Part shown: positions 22,157 to 32,530 of the stretch, one piece after another
Numbering within the stretch: the stretch's first letter is position 1
Layout: each line of letters begins with the position of its first letter
Assembly (NCBI GenBank): GCA_963720545.1
Contig: OY970399.1
Span: 2,720,001-2,784,000, forward strand
Direction: 5' to 3'
DNA: 64,000 nt
Source: an uncultured Acidobacteriota bacterium
GTDB lineage: Bacteria > Acidobacteriota > Vicinamibacteria > Fen-336
The notes under the pieces: generated by a model
Seen by the model: only the letters and a program-made list of their open reading frames with translations
Database searches by the model: none
What the model was told of the DNA's origin: nothing
Position numbers and translations under genes: made by a program

Positions 22157-23170
22157 ATGCAATTCGGCATGATCGGACTCGGCCGCATGGGCGCGAACAT
22201 GGTGCGGCGGCTGATGCGCGCCGGGCACGATTGCGTCGTCTGGGACCGTGCGTCGGCCGCGGTCGAGGCGCTCGCGAAGGACGGCGCCATCGGCGCCACC
22301 TCGCTCGCCGACTTCGTCGCGAAGCTGCAGGCGCCGCGCGCCATCTGCCTGATGGTGCCCGCGGCCTACGTGGACGCGTCGCTCGCCGAACTCGAGAAGC
22401 TGGTGGCGCCGGGCGACATCCTCATCGACGGCGGCAACTCGCACTATCACGACGACATCGCGCGCTCGAAGCGGCTCGGCGCCAAGGGCCTCCACTACGT
22501 GGACATGGGCACGAGCGGCGGCGTCTGGGGGCTGGAGCGCGGCTACTGCCTGATGATCGGCGGCGAGGACGACGTGGTGAAGCGCCTCGATCCGGTCTTC
22601 GCGACGCTGGCGCCCGGCGCCGGCGACATCGAGAAAACACCGGGCCGCGAGGGCCGGCAGAGCACCGCCGAGCGCGGCTACCTGCATTGCGGCCCCGCGG
22701 GCGCCGGCCATTTCGTGAAGATGGTCCACAACGGCATCGAGTACGGCCTGATGGCCGCGTACGCCGAGGGCTTCAACATCCTCAGCAAGGCGAACATCGG
22801 CAAGGCCGAGGCGCAGGCGCACGACGCCGAGACCACACCGCTGCGCCAGCCCGAGCACTTCCAGTACGACCTCAACCTCGCCGACGTCGCCGAGGTGTGG
22901 CGGCGCGGCAGCGTCGTCACGTCCTGGCTTCTCGACCTCACCGCGAGCGCCCTCGCCGCGAGCCCGAAGCTCGACAAGTTCGGCGGCAAGGTGTCGGACT
23001 CCGGCGAGGGGCGCTGGACGGTGGCGGCCGCCAACGACCTGGCGGTGCCGGCGCACGTGCTGACCGCGGCGCTGTTCGAGCGCTTCGCCTCGCGCGGCGA
23101 GGACGATTTCCAGAACCGGGTGCTGTCGGCGATGCGCTTCGGCTTCGGCGGGCACCTGGAGAAGAAGTGA
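22157..23170 (+). CDS. gnd: 6-phosphogluconate dehydrogenase (decarboxylating, short type)
   Basis: [43 protein letters not shown]. Confidence 0.96.
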   Translation: MQFGMIGLGRMGANMVRRLMRAGHDCVVWDRASAAVEALAKDGAIGATSLADFVAKLQAPRAICLMVPAAYVDASLAELEKLVAPGDILIDGGNSHYHDDIARSKRLGAKGLHYVDMGTSGGVWGLERGYCLMIGGEDDVVKRLDPVFATLAPGAGDIEKTPGREGRQSTAERGYLHCGPAGAGHFVKMVHNGIEYGLMAAYAEGFNILSKANIGKAEAQAHDAETTPLRQPEHFQYDLNLADVAEVWRRGSVVTSWLLDLTASALAASPKLDKFGGKVSDSGEGRWTVAAANDLAVPAHVLTAALFERFASRGEDDFQNRVLSAMRFGFGGHLEKK

Positions 23171-24558
23171 AGCCGTCGCTGCCGCCGAGCGACGCGCTGG
23201 TCTTCTTCGGCGCCACCGGCGACCTCGCGTACAAGAAGATCTTTCCGGCGCTCCTCGGCCTCGTCGGCCGCGGCCGGCTCACGGTGCCGGTGATCGGCGT
23301 GGCGCGCTCCAGCTGGAGCCGCGAGCAGCTCATCGAGCGGGCAAAGGCGAGCGTCACCGAAGCGGGCGTGTACGACGCGGCGAACTTCGCGAAGTTCGTG
23401 GCGCTGCTGCGCTACGTGGACGGCGACTACTCCGACGCCGCGACGTTCGTGAAGTTGAAGAACGAGCTGGGCGGCGCCGCGCGTCCGACGCATTACCTCG
23501 CGATCCCGCCGAGCATGTTCCCGACCGTGGTGCAGCTGCTGGCCGAGGCGAAGTGCACCGAGGGCGCGCGCGTCATCGTCGAGAAGCCGTTCGGCCGCGA
23601 CCTCGCGTCCGCGGTCGCGCTCAACAAGACGCTGCACCAGGCGTTCGCGGAAAAGGCGATCTTCCGCATCGACCACTACCTCGGCAAGGAGGCGGTGCAG
23701 AACATCCTCTACTTCCGCTTCGCCAACTCGTTCCTCGAGCCGGTCTGGAACCGCAACTACGTCGAGAACGTGCAGATCACGATGGCGGAGAATTTCGGCG
23801 TCGCCGGCCGCGGCAAGTTCTACGAGGAGACGGGCGTGGTCCGCGACGTCGTCCAGAACCACCTGCTGCAGGTGATCGGCTTTCTCGCCATGGAGTCGCC
23901 GTCGTCGTCCACCCCCGACGCGATCCGCTCCGAACAGTCGAAGGTGCTGCGCACCGTGCGGCCGCTCGACGCCGCGAACCTGGTGCTCGGGCAGTTCAAG
24001 GGCTACCGCGACGAGCCCGGCGTCGCGCCGGAGTCGCAGGTGCCGACCTACGCGGCGGTGCGCCTTTTCGTCGATTCGTGGCGCTGGCACGGCGTGCCGT
24101 TCTACATCCGTGCCGGCAAGTCGCTTCGGGCGAGCGTCACCGAGGTGATGGTGGAGCTGAAGGCGCCGCCGCCGGTGGTGTTCGACGAAGCGGCGCCGGC
24201 CGAGGGCAATTATGTCCGCTTCCGGCTTTCGCCCCAGGTGGTGATCGCCGTGGGCGCGCGGGCGAAGAAGCCGGGCGAGGGCATGGTGGGCGAGCCGGTG
24301 GAGCTGTCGGTCGTCGATGACGACACCGAGGCGGACGGAGGACATCGCGTCGATGCGTACGAACGGCTGCTGGGCGACGCCATGATGGGCGACCCGACAC
24401 TGTTCGCGCGCCAGGACACCGTCGAAGCCGCGTGGGCCGTGGTCGATCCGGTGCTGGCGGCGCCGCTGCCCGCATATCAATACGACCCGGGTTCGTGGGG
24501 ACCGCGCGAAGCCGACGCGCTCGCACGGGACGTCGGCGGCTGGAACACCCCGGCATGA
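23167..24558 (+). CDS. zwf: Glucose-6-phosphate 1-dehydrogenase
   Basis: [35 protein letters not shown] overlap with gnd. Confidence 0.96.
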   Translation: MKPSLPPSDALVFFGATGDLAYKKIFPALLGLVGRGRLTVPVIGVARSSWSREQLIERAKASVTEAGVYDAANFAKFVALLRYVDGDYSDAATFVKLKNELGGAARPTHYLAIPPSMFPTVVQLLAEAKCTEGARVIVEKPFGRDLASAVALNKTLHQAFAEKAIFRIDHYLGKEAVQNILYFRFANSFLEPVWNRNYVENVQITMAENFGVAGRGKFYEETGVVRDVVQNHLLQVIGFLAMESPSSSTPDAIRSEQSKVLRTVRPLDAANLVLGQFKGYRDEPGVAPESQVPTYAAVRLFVDSWRWHGVPFYIRAGKSLRASVTEVMVELKAPPPVVFDEAAPAEGNYVRFRLSPQVVIAVGARAKKPGEGMVGEPVELSVVDDDTEADGGHRVDAYERLLGDAMMGDPTLFARQDTVEAAWAVVDPVLAAPLPAYQYDPGSWGPREADALARDVGGWNTPA

Positions 24559-25241
24559 GCGCGGCCGCGCCCTTCACCCGGCTCTATCTCGTCCGCCACG
24601 GTGCCACGTCCCTCTCGGCCGAGAACCGCTTCGCCGGCGCCATCGGCGTCGATCTCTCCGACGAAGGCCGGGGCCAGGTCGAGCGCCTCGCCGCGCGTCT
24701 CACGGACCACTCGTTCGCGGCGGTCTACACGAGCCCGCTCGACCGTACCGTCGAGACGGCGCGGATCCTGGCGCGCCCGCACGCGCTCGAGTTGCAGAAG
24801 CGCGACGGCTTGCGCGAAATCAGCCACGGCCACTGGGAAGGACTGACGCGCGGCGAGGTCGAGAAGCAGTTCTGCGACGAATACACGGCGTGGGAAGAGG
24901 ATCCCTTCACCTTCGCTCCGGAGGGCGGCGAGTCGGGGGTGGCGGTTTTGGCGCGCGCCCTGCCGGTGATCCGCGAGATCGTGGTGGCCCATCCCGGCGA
25001 ACGGGTGCTGGTGGTCTCGCACAAGGCGACGCTGCGCCTGCTGATCTCGAGCCTCCTCGGCTTCGACGTGCGCGGCTACCGCGACCGCCTCGACCAGTCG
25101 CCGGCCTGCCTCAACGTGCTCGACTTCAAGGACGCGACGCGCGCCCGCCTGATGCTCTTCAACGATGTCTCCCACTACGCCTCGGTTCCGCGCCAGGCGA
25201 CGACGAACCTGTCGAAGTGGTGGGACAATCCTGTGCTCTGA
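24555..25241 (+). CDS. Histidine phosphatase (phosphoglycerate mutase-like)
   Basis: [27 protein letters not shown]. Confidence 0.92.
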   Translation: MSAAAPFTRLYLVRHGATSLSAENRFAGAIGVDLSDEGRGQVERLAARLTDHSFAAVYTSPLDRTVETARILARPHALELQKRDGLREISHGHWEGLTRGEVEKQFCDEYTAWEEDPFTFAPEGGESGVAVLARALPVIREIVVAHPGERVLVVSHKATLRLLISSLLGFDVRGYRDRLDQSPACLNVLDFKDATRARLMLFNDVSHYASVPRQATTNLSKWWDNPVL

Positions 25242-25262
25242 CCGAAGTTTCCTGGAGGAACC

Positions 25263-26060
25263 ATGCTTCTCGAGGGCAAGTGCGGCCTCGTCCTGGGTGT
25301 TGCGAACAAGCGCTCGATCGCGTGGGGAATCGCGCAGGCCGCGACCCGCGAAGGTGCGCGCCTGGCGCTCACCTTCCAGGGCGAGCGCCTGAAGGAGAAC
25401 GTCGAAACGCTGGCCGCCGGCCTCAAGGATCCGCTGGTGCTGCCGTGCGACGTCACCAGCGACAACGACCTCGACGCGCTCGCGGCAGCGGTCAAGGACG
25501 GCTTCGGCGGCGTCGACTTCGTGGTGCACGCCGTCGCCTTCGCGCTGCGCGAGGAGCTCGACGGCCTGTTCCTCGACACCTCGCGCGAGGGCTACCGCAT
25601 GGCGCAGGACATCTCCTCGTACTCGCTCACGGCGCTGGCAAGGCGCAGCGTGCCGCTCATGGAAGGGCGCGGCGGCAGCATCTTGACGCTCTCCTACCTG
25701 GGCGGTGAGCGGGTCGTGCCGCACTACAACGTCATGGGCGTCGCCAAGGCGGCGCTCGAGATGTCGGTGCGCTACCTCGCCGCCGACCTCGGGCCGAAGG
25801 GCATCCGCGTCAACGCGATCTCGGCCGGACCGATCCGCACGCTCGCGGCCTCGGGAGTGCACGGCTTCGGCAAGATGCTCGAGCACCACCGCAACCAGGC
25901 GCCACTGCGCAAGAACACCGAGCTCGACGAGGTCGGCGACGCCGGCCTGTTCCTGATCTCGCCGCTGTCGCGCGGCATCACCGGCGAAGTGCTCCACGTG
26001 GACGGCGGCTTCCACGTCATGGGCCTGTCGGCCGACCTGTTCCCGGCGCCGCAAGCTTAG
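25263..26060 (+). CDS. fabI: Enoyl-ACP reductase
   Basis: GVANKRSIAWGIA, YNVMGVAKAALE, RVNAISAGPIRTLAA. Confidence 0.97.
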   Translation: MLLEGKCGLVLGVANKRSIAWGIAQAATREGARLALTFQGERLKENVETLAAGLKDPLVLPCDVTSDNDLDALAAAVKDGFGGVDFVVHAVAFALREELDGLFLDTSREGYRMAQDISSYSLTALARRSVPLMEGRGGSILTLSYLGGERVVPHYNVMGVAKAALEMSVRYLAADLGPKGIRVNAISAGPIRTLAASGVHGFGKMLEHHRNQAPLRKNTELDEVGDAGLFLISPLSRGITGEVLHVDGGFHVMGLSADLFPAPQA

Positions 26061-26068
26061 GCAGCGCG

Positions 26069-26605
26069 CTGCGCCTCCTCGGCGTTTCCGGCAGCCTGCG
26101 GGCGCGTTCGTCGAACACCGCGGCGCTCAACGCCGCGGTGCGCCTGGCGCCCGCCGGCGTGACCGTCTCGGTCTACGACGCTCTCGGCACGCTGCCGCAC
26201 TTCAACCCTGACCTCGACGTCGAGGGCATGGCGCCGCCGAGCGCGGTCGGGGAACTGCGGGCGCGGATCCTGGAGGCTGGCGGCGTGCTGTTCTCGACGC
26301 CGGAATACGCGCACGGCCTGCCGGGCTCGCTGAAGAACGCGCTCGACTGGCTGGTCAGCGATCCCGGCTTCTACGGCAAGGCGATCGGCATCGTCAACAC
26401 TTCGCCGCACTCGCGCCATGCGCACGCAGCGCTCCTCGAGACGCTTGCGACCATGGGCACGCGGCTGGTCCCAGCGGCGGTGGTGGAACTGCCGATACGC
26501 GGCCGCCACCTGGACGCGGACGAGATTGCGGCCGATGCCGAGCTGTCGGCTGTGTTGCGCGCCGGCCTCGCCGCGCTGGTAGACGCGGCCAGTGGCCAGT
26601 CGTAG
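26069..26605 (+). CDS. NADPH-dependent FMN reductase
   Basis: LLGVSGSLRARSSN lies upstream of the ORF-track GTG (26138); STPEYAHGLPGSLKNALDW. The CTG start at 26069 is inferred. Confidence 0.85.
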   Translation: MRLLGVSGSLRARSSNTAALNAAVRLAPAGVTVSVYDALGTLPHFNPDLDVEGMAPPSAVGELRARILEAGGVLFSTPEYAHGLPGSLKNALDWLVSDPGFYGKAIGIVNTSPHSRHAHAALLETLATMGTRLVPAAVVELPIRGRHLDADEIAADAELSAVLRAGLAALVDAASGQS

Positions 26606-26656
26606 CGCCGTCTTCGCTACCGGCCGCTGCGCGGCCGCTGCTAACCTCGGACCAGA

Positions 26657-29176
26657 GTGAAGCGTTTCCTGGGAGCGGCGGTCCTCGCCGTGTCGATGAC
26701 GGCCGCCGGCATGGCGCGTGTGTCCGCGCAGGAGCCCGCACCGCAGGCAACACCATCGCCGCAAGTGTCGCCGCCACCATCGCCTGAGGCTTCGCCGTCG
26801 CCGGTTCCCGAGCAATCGCCATCGCCTTCGCCGTCTCCCGGCGAATCGCCCTCGCCATTGCCATCTCCGGGGGAGTCGCCATCGCCAGCGCCGTCTCCCG
26901 GCCAATCGCCGTCGCCCGCGCCCGCGCCCACGCCGACACCGCTGCCGGCAGTGGCGCCGCCGCCCGCGCTCGAGGCGGGCAACCTCCGCGTGAAGGCGGA
27001 CCAACAGGACCACGAGGAAGGCCATTCCTGGTTCCGCGGCTCCTGTGACCTGCAGTTCGGCGACATGCGCATCAACGCCGACCAGTTCGACTTCTACATT
27101 CAGGCGCAACCCGACGGCACCGAGACGCGGCGCCTGGTGGCGACCGGCAACGTGGTCTTCATGCAGGGCGACGAACGCCTTGCCGGCACCGCGCTCGACA
27201 TGGACCTGAACACCGGCAAGGGCACGTTCGACCATCCGTACGGTTACGTAACGCCCGGGCTCCTCATCGAAGGCAAGACGCTGAAGCGCCTCGACCCGAT
27301 GACCTACTGGGTCGACGACCCGACCTTCACGTCCTGCTTCCAGCCGAACCCGCGCTGGTCGTTCCGCGCGTCCTCGGCGAAGATCAAGGTCGGCAAGAAG
27401 ATCACCGCGTTCAACACGCTGATGCGCGTCAAGTCGGTGCCGACGCCGGTGTTCTTCCCGTACTTCTCCTATCCGATCAGCCGCGACGGGCGCGGCACCG
27501 GCCTGCTGTTCCCGAAGTTCGGCTTCGGCGCCAACAAGGGCTTCGAGGTGGGCCTCGGCTTCTTCTGGGCGATGGGCAGAAGCGTCGACCAGACGTTCCT
27601 GTTCGACAACTACTCGGCGATCGGCTACGGCTTCGGCCACGAGTTCCGTTACGTCGGCCAGTCGGCGTCGCGCGGCGTGTTCAACACCTACTTCTTCAAC
27701 CAGAAGCAGGACTACCTGAACCGCCCGGCGCCGGGGAAGTGGGACTACGACATCGAGGCGAACGCGAACCAGCTGCTGCCGGGCAACGTCCGCTTCAACC
27801 TGCGCAGCCGCGAATACAGCAGCCTCGGCTTCCAGCAGCGCTTCCAGGAAAGCGTCAACATCGCGACCAACCGCAACCGCTATACGCAGCTGACGCTGTC
27901 GCGCGGCTTCGGCGGGGCGAACCTGAGCGCGGTGTACGACCGCAGCCAGACGTTCTACGGCGAGACCCGCTACGTGATCCGCCGCCACGTGCCGACCGTC
28001 CGGCTGCGCCAGGGCAACATCAAGTTCGGCAAGACCGGCATCGTCGGCAACTACGAGGTGAAGGGCGAGGGCCTCGAGAACGGCGAAATCTCGCAGCGCA
28101 TCGACACCGTGGTCGACTACAACCGCTTCGACGTCAACCCGGAGATCTCGCGCCCGACGAGCCTGTCGTTCCTGCAGCTGACGCCGCGCTTCCGCTATCG
28201 CGCCACCCGCTACAGCGCCAGCTACGGCGACGACCCCGCCACCGAGGACGTCGAGACCGACTTCTTCCTCAGGAACACGCCGATCGACCGCCGCTACTGG
28301 GAGTTCTCGACCGAGCTGCGCGGCCCCAACTTCTCCAGGGTGTTTGGCGGCATCGGCTCGTACAGCGACAAGATCAAGCACGTGATCGGTCCGGAGTTCA
28401 CTTACCAGTACCGGCCCGGCGGCGACATCGACCCGGTCGCGATCCCGCGCTTCGACGGCGACGACTACACCGTCGGCACCAACCAGATCACCTACGGCAT
28501 CTACCAGACGCTGCTCGCCAAGCGGCCAAGCCCGAGCGGCAAGCGCGTGCCCTACGAGTTCCTGTCGTGGCGCCTCCTGCAGACCTACTACGGCGACATC
28601 AGCCAGGGCGCGCAGAACAACGACCCGAGCTACGTGTCGAGCCCCTATGGCACGACGCCCGAGGGCAAGGTCATCCATACCTCGCCGATCCAGTCGCGCA
28701 TCCGCTTCCGGCCGGTGCCCTCGACCTCGACCGACTTCAGCGTCGAGTACGATCCCAACTTCAAGGCCTACAAGAGCATCCGCCTGTCGCAGTCGTTCGG
28801 CATCAACCGCTTCAACTTCGACGTCGGCTTCTACAAGAACAGCAACCTCAGGCTGATCGCCGAAGACCCCACCTCGGGCATCGGCGTCTATCGCAGCGGC
28901 ACCGCGCGCGCCTCGCTCACGCTCATTCCCAACAAGCTGGTGGTAGACGCGCGCGCCGACTACGACTTCCAGCAGAAGCGCCTGTTCAACGCCATCGCCA
29001 ACTTCAAGTACAACGTCCAGTGCTGCGGCATCGGCGTGCAGATGTACCAGAAGGGCCTGCTCGGCCCCGACGGCCAGGAAACCTGGGGCTTCAAGTTCAA
29101 CATCGAGCTCGCGAACATCTCCGGCCTCGGCGGCAACGGCGACCGCGGCGGCTCGCTGACGCGCCGCAACTACTGA
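26657..29176 (+). CDS. lptD: LPS-assembly outer-membrane protein LptD-like
   Basis: Signal peptide, OstA-like N-domain (ATGNVVF, FTSC..PRW), GLLFP motif, Tyr/Phe-rich beta-barrel, C-terminal QCC. Confidence 0.82.
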   Translation: MKRFLGAAVLAVSMTAAGMARVSAQEPAPQATPSPQVSPPPSPEASPSPVPEQSPSPSPSPGESPSPLPSPGESPSPAPSPGQSPSPAPAPTPTPLPAVAPPPALEAGNLRVKADQQDHEEGHSWFRGSCDLQFGDMRINADQFDFYIQAQPDGTETRRLVATGNVVFMQGDERLAGTALDMDLNTGKGTFDHPYGYVTPGLLIEGKTLKRLDPMTYWVDDPTFTSCFQPNPRWSFRASSAKIKVGKKITAFNTLMRVKSVPTPVFFPYFSYPISRDGRGTGLLFPKFGFGANKGFEVGLGFFWAMGRSVDQTFLFDNYSAIGYGFGHEFRYVGQSASRGVFNTYFFNQKQDYLNRPAPGKWDYDIEANANQLLPGNVRFNLRSREYSSLGFQQRFQESVNIATNRNRYTQLTLSRGFGGANLSAVYDRSQTFYGETRYVIRRHVPTVRLRQGNIKFGKTGIVGNYEVKGEGLENGEISQRIDTVVDYNRFDVNPEISRPTSLSFLQLTPRFRYRATRYSASYGDDPATEDVETDFFLRNTPIDRRYWEFSTELRGPNFSRVFGGIGSYSDKIKHVIGPEFTYQYRPGGDIDPVAIPRFDGDDYTVGTNQITYGIYQTLLAKRPSPSGKRVPYEFLSWRLLQTYYGDISQGAQNNDPSYVSSPYGTTPEGKVIHTSPIQSRIRFRPVPSTSTDFSVEYDPNFKAYKSIRLSQSFGINRFNFDVGFYKNSNLRLIAEDPTSGIGVYRSGTARASLTLIPNKLVVDARADYDFQQKRLFNAIANFKYNVQCCGIGVQMYQKGLLGPDGQETWGFKFNIELANISGLGGNGDRGGSLTRRNY
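26813..26932 (+). repeat. Intragenic 30-nt tandem repeat x4 encoding (Q/E)SPSPxPSPG
   Basis: Units start at 26813, 26843, 26873 and 26903 (last one degenerate) within a longer Pro/Ser linker. Confidence 0.85.
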
Positions 29177-29208
29177 CCAGGCGCAGCGTTAAGATCCCGG
29201 TCAACAAG

Positions 29209-30171
29209 ATGCGCGTATTGGTCACCGGCGCGTCCGGATTCGTCGGCCGGCACCTGGTCGAGACGCTGGCGCACGAGCGCGGCGAGGCGGCGGTCGCGGG
29301 CCTGGTGCGTCCGGGCACCGCGGCCGAGGGGCGCATCGAGACGATTCCCTGCGACCTCGACGACCAGTCGGCGGTGCTGCGCGCGCTGGAGCGCGCCCGC
29401 CCCGAACAGGTGGTGCATCTCGCGGCGCAATCGAGCCCGCGCCTCTCCTTCGAGGATCCCGAAGGCACGCTGCGCACCAACGTCTTCGGGCTGCTGCACA
29501 TTCTCGAAGCCGTGCGGCGGCTGGCGCTGCGGCCGCGCATCCTGGTGATCGGCAGCGCCGAGGAATACGGCGCCGTGGACGCGCAGGCCGGCCCGGTCGG
29601 CGAGGACGCGCCGCTTCGGCCGCGCTCTCCCTACGCCGCGAGCAAGGTGGCGCAGGCGGTGCTGGCGCGCCAGTATGCCGCGAGCCACGGCATCGACGTG
29701 GTCCTCACCCGCACCTTCAACCACACCGGCCCGGGCCGCGGCGAAGACTTCGCCGAGAGCTCGTTCGCGCGCCAGATCGCGCGCGTCGAGGCGGGCGCGC
29801 AGCCGCCGGTGCTGGCGGTCGGCAACCTCGACACCGTGCGCGACTTCACCGACGTGCGCGACGTCTGCCGCGCCTACGCGGCGCTGCTCGAGCGCGGCGT
29901 TTCAGGCGAGACCTACAACGTCTGCTCCGGGACCGGCGTGCGCATCGGCGCCATCCTCGACGAGCTGCTGAGCCTGGCGGCGGTGCGCCCCGACGTGCGC
30001 GTGGACGCGGCGCGCCTGCGCGCCTCCGACAATCCGGTGGTCGTCGGCAATCCGGCGAAGCTGCGCGCCGCGACCGCCTGGCAGCCGCAACTGCCGCTGC
30101 GCCGCACGCTCGCCGACCTGCTCGCTTACTGGCGCGAGCGCACCGGCTCGCCCGAGGCGGTTGCGCCTTGA
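29209..30171 (+). CDS. GDP-sugar SDR, GDP-4-keto-6-deoxymannose reductase (Rmd)/Gmd-like
   Basis: VTGASGFVG, HLAAQS, SPYAASK, RTFNHTGPG, GNLDTVRDFTDVRD. Confidence 0.85.
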   Translation: MRVLVTGASGFVGRHLVETLAHERGEAAVAGLVRPGTAAEGRIETIPCDLDDQSAVLRALERARPEQVVHLAAQSSPRLSFEDPEGTLRTNVFGLLHILEAVRRLALRPRILVIGSAEEYGAVDAQAGPVGEDAPLRPRSPYAASKVAQAVLARQYAASHGIDVVLTRTFNHTGPGRGEDFAESSFARQIARVEAGAQPPVLAVGNLDTVRDFTDVRDVCRAYAALLERGVSGETYNVCSGTGVRIGAILDELLSLAAVRPDVRVDAARLRASDNPVVVGNPAKLRAATAWQPQLPLRRTLADLLAYWRERTGSPEAVAP

Positions 30172-31154
30172 AGGTGCTGCTGACCGGCGGCACCGGCTTC
30201 CTCGGCAAGAACGTCGCGCGTGCCCTGGCCGCCGCCGGCTACGAACTGCGGCTGCTGGTGCGCGCCAACAGCAACCGCAGCCTGCTGCCGGAGAACGCCG
30301 AGTTCGTGAACGGCGACGTCACCGACGCCGGGTCGCTGCTGCGCGCGGCCCAGGGCTGCGGCGCGGTGCTGCACATGGCGGCGCTGGTGAAGATGTGGGA
30401 TCCGCAGCCGCGGCGCTTCGACGAGTGCAACATCGGCGGCTTGTGGAACGCCGTCGACGCGGCCCGCCAGGCCGGCGCGCGCCTCGTCTACACGTCGTCC
30501 TTCATCGCGGTCGGCCCCACCGGCACCGAGCCGGCCGACGAGTCTCAGGTGCATCCCGGCAGCGGCTACCGCAACGCATACGAACGCACCAAGGCGATCG
30601 CCGACAAGGTGGCGCGCGACGCGGCCAGCAGGGGCGCCGACATCGTCATGGTCTATCCCGGCGTCGTCTACGGACCAGGCGAAGTGACGGACGCCAACAT
30701 CGTGGTGAAGATGATCGTCGACCACATGCACGGCCGCTTCGCCGGCATCGTCGGCCCGGGCGACCGGTTGTGGTCCTACGCCTACGTCGACGACGTGGCC
30801 CGCGGCCACGTGCTGGCGCTCGAGAAGGGTCGCGCCGGCGAGCGCTACTTCCTGTGCGGCGAGAACGTCACCATGACCGGCCTGTTCGAAACGCTGCGCG
30901 AGCTGACCGGCGTGGCGCCGCCCACGCGCCACATCCCGTACGCGGTCGCGACGGCGCTGGGCGCTCTGCTCTACGGCTGGGCCGAGATGACCGGGCGTCC
31001 GCCGATCCTCACGCACGAAGTGGTCGGCGTCTTCAAGGAGCACTGGGCGTATGCCAGCGCCAAGGCCGGGCGCGAACTCGGCTACGCACCCGTGCCGCTG
31101 CGGGAAGGACTCGAACGCACGCTTGGGTGGCTCAGGCGCGAGGCGCTCGCCTGA
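30168..31154 (+). CDS. Extended SDR, farnesol-dehydrogenase (FLDH)/HpnA-like
   Basis: TGGTGFLG, HMAALVKMW, YTSSFIA, YERTKAIADK, YPGVVYGPG, VDDVARGH..ALEKGR.GERY; TTGA overlap. Confidence 0.85.
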   Translation: MKVLLTGGTGFLGKNVARALAAAGYELRLLVRANSNRSLLPENAEFVNGDVTDAGSLLRAAQGCGAVLHMAALVKMWDPQPRRFDECNIGGLWNAVDAARQAGARLVYTSSFIAVGPTGTEPADESQVHPGSGYRNAYERTKAIADKVARDAASRGADIVMVYPGVVYGPGEVTDANIVVKMIVDHMHGRFAGIVGPGDRLWSYAYVDDVARGHVLALEKGRAGERYFLCGENVTMTGLFETLRELTGVAPPTRHIPYAVATALGALLYGWAEMTGRPPILTHEVVGVFKEHWAYASAKAGRELGYAPVPLREGLERTLGWLRREALA

Positions 31155-32512
31155 GGGTCCCGCCCTCGGAAGCGGCCCGCAAGCTCATTCACATCGCGGC
31201 GGGCGGCTTCGCGTTCCTGCTGCGCGACCTCACCTGGGCACAGGCGATCGCACTGGGCGCCGCGGCCTGCGTGTTCAACGCCGCCGTCCTGCCGCGCATC
31301 GGCGGCAAGGGACTGTGGCGCGGCAGCGAGCTGGCGCGCGGCGCGGCGCCGGGAATCCTGTTCTATCCGCTCGCCGTGCTCGGGGTGGTGCTGCTGTTCC
31401 CCGACGAACCGTGGATTGCCGCCGCGGTGTGGGGGATCCTCGCGTTCGGCGACGGCACGGCATCGCTCCTCGGCCAGGCGCTTGGCGGCGCGAAGCTGCC
31501 GTGGAACGAACGCAAGAGCTGGTCGGGATTCCTTGCGTTCATCGTCTTCGGCACCCTCGGCTCGGCCTGCCTCGCGGCATGGACGCAGCGCCTGCCGCTC
31601 GTGGACGCCTGGCACACGGGGCTCGGCGTGCTGATGTTGCTGGTGGTCGTCGCCTGCGCCCTGGTCGAGACGCTGCCCACGACCCTCGACGACAACATCA
31701 CCGTGCCGGTCGTCGGCGCGTCGCTGCTGGCGCTCTTCGGCGGCGTTTCTTTCGAGGAGTACCTCGCGCAGCCCTACCTGCTGCCGCACCTCCTGCAGGG
31801 CCTGGTGGTGAACGGCGTGTTCGCGCTCGCGGCAAAGCGCGCCGGTTCGATCGACTGGCCGGGCGCTGTTTCGGCGGTGATCGTCGGCACGCTCATCACC
31901 ATCGGGCTCGGGCTCCCCGGCCTGCTGGTGATGATCGCGTTCTTCGTCATCGGCTCGGCGGTGACGCGGCTCGGCTACCGCATCAAGGCAGCGCGCGGCA
32001 TCGCCCAGGAAAAGGGCGGCGCGCGCGGCTGGAAGAACGCGTGGGCCAACGGCGGCGTGCCGGCGCTGCTCGCGGTGCTGGCCGGCATCCACGCCGCCGC
32101 CCTCGGCGGCCTCGACAAGGCAGTGCTGTTCGCCATCGCCTACGCCGCCGCGGTCGCGACCGCAGCCGCCGACACCTGTTCCTCGGAAGTGGGTAAGGCG
32201 TACGGCCGCCGCACGTTCCTCATCACCACGCTGCGCAGCGTCCCGCCCGGCACCGAGGGCGCCGTCAGCCTCGAAGGCACGCTCGGAGGACTGGCGGGCG
32301 GCTTCCTCGTCGCTGCCGTCGGCGCCTTCGGCGGCCTCTACCCGTGGCCGGTCAGCGTGCTGGTCGGCTTCGCGGGCCTTCTCGGCAGCCTCGCGGAGAG
32401 CGTCATCGGCACGGTTGCCGAGAAGCGCGGCTGGCTCGACAACGACCTGCTGAACGCGCTCAACACCGCGATCGGCGCGCTGCTCGCGGCGGCGATGACC
32501 CGTCTCTTATAA
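31151..32512 (+). CDS. Fusion: phytol/farnesol/dolichol-kinase domain + DUF92 (VTE6-like prenyl-phosphate kinase) domain
   Basis: N-half: RKLIHI, GDGTASLLG, KLPWNERKSWSG, VETLP..LDDNITVP. C-half: DTCSSEVGKAYG..TFLITTL, GTEGAVSLEGT, ESVIG. Start is CTG 31151 (CTGA overlap) or GTG 31127. Confidence 0.88.
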   Translation: MRVPPSEAARKLIHIAAGGFAFLLRDLTWAQAIALGAAACVFNAAVLPRIGGKGLWRGSELARGAAPGILFYPLAVLGVVLLFPDEPWIAAAVWGILAFGDGTASLLGQALGGAKLPWNERKSWSGFLAFIVFGTLGSACLAAWTQRLPLVDAWHTGLGVLMLLVVVACALVETLPTTLDDNITVPVVGASLLALFGGVSFEEYLAQPYLLPHLLQGLVVNGVFALAAKRAGSIDWPGAVSAVIVGTLITIGLGLPGLLVMIAFFVIGSAVTRLGYRIKAARGIAQEKGGARGWKNAWANGGVPALLAVLAGIHAAALGGLDKAVLFAIAYAAAVATAAADTCSSEVGKAYGRRTFLITTLRSVPPGTEGAVSLEGTLGGLAGGFLVAAVGAFGGLYPWPVSVLVGFAGLLGSLAESVIGTVAEKRGWLDNDLLNALNTAIGALLAAAMTRLL

Positions 32513-32530
32513 TCGAGGCCCCCCGACAAC

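Noticed and set aside
19139..23155. Very long antisense/alternate-frame ORFs (e.g. 1082-4198, 19139-23155, 26057-28678, 53655-56321)
   Set aside because: Shadow ORFs expected in high-GC DNA. They overlap well-supported genes and have Arg/Ala/Gly-rich, motif-free translations.
30168..31154. Hopanoid cluster (hpnA)
   Set aside because: No shc or other hpn genes are adjacent; the neighbours point to prenol metabolism.
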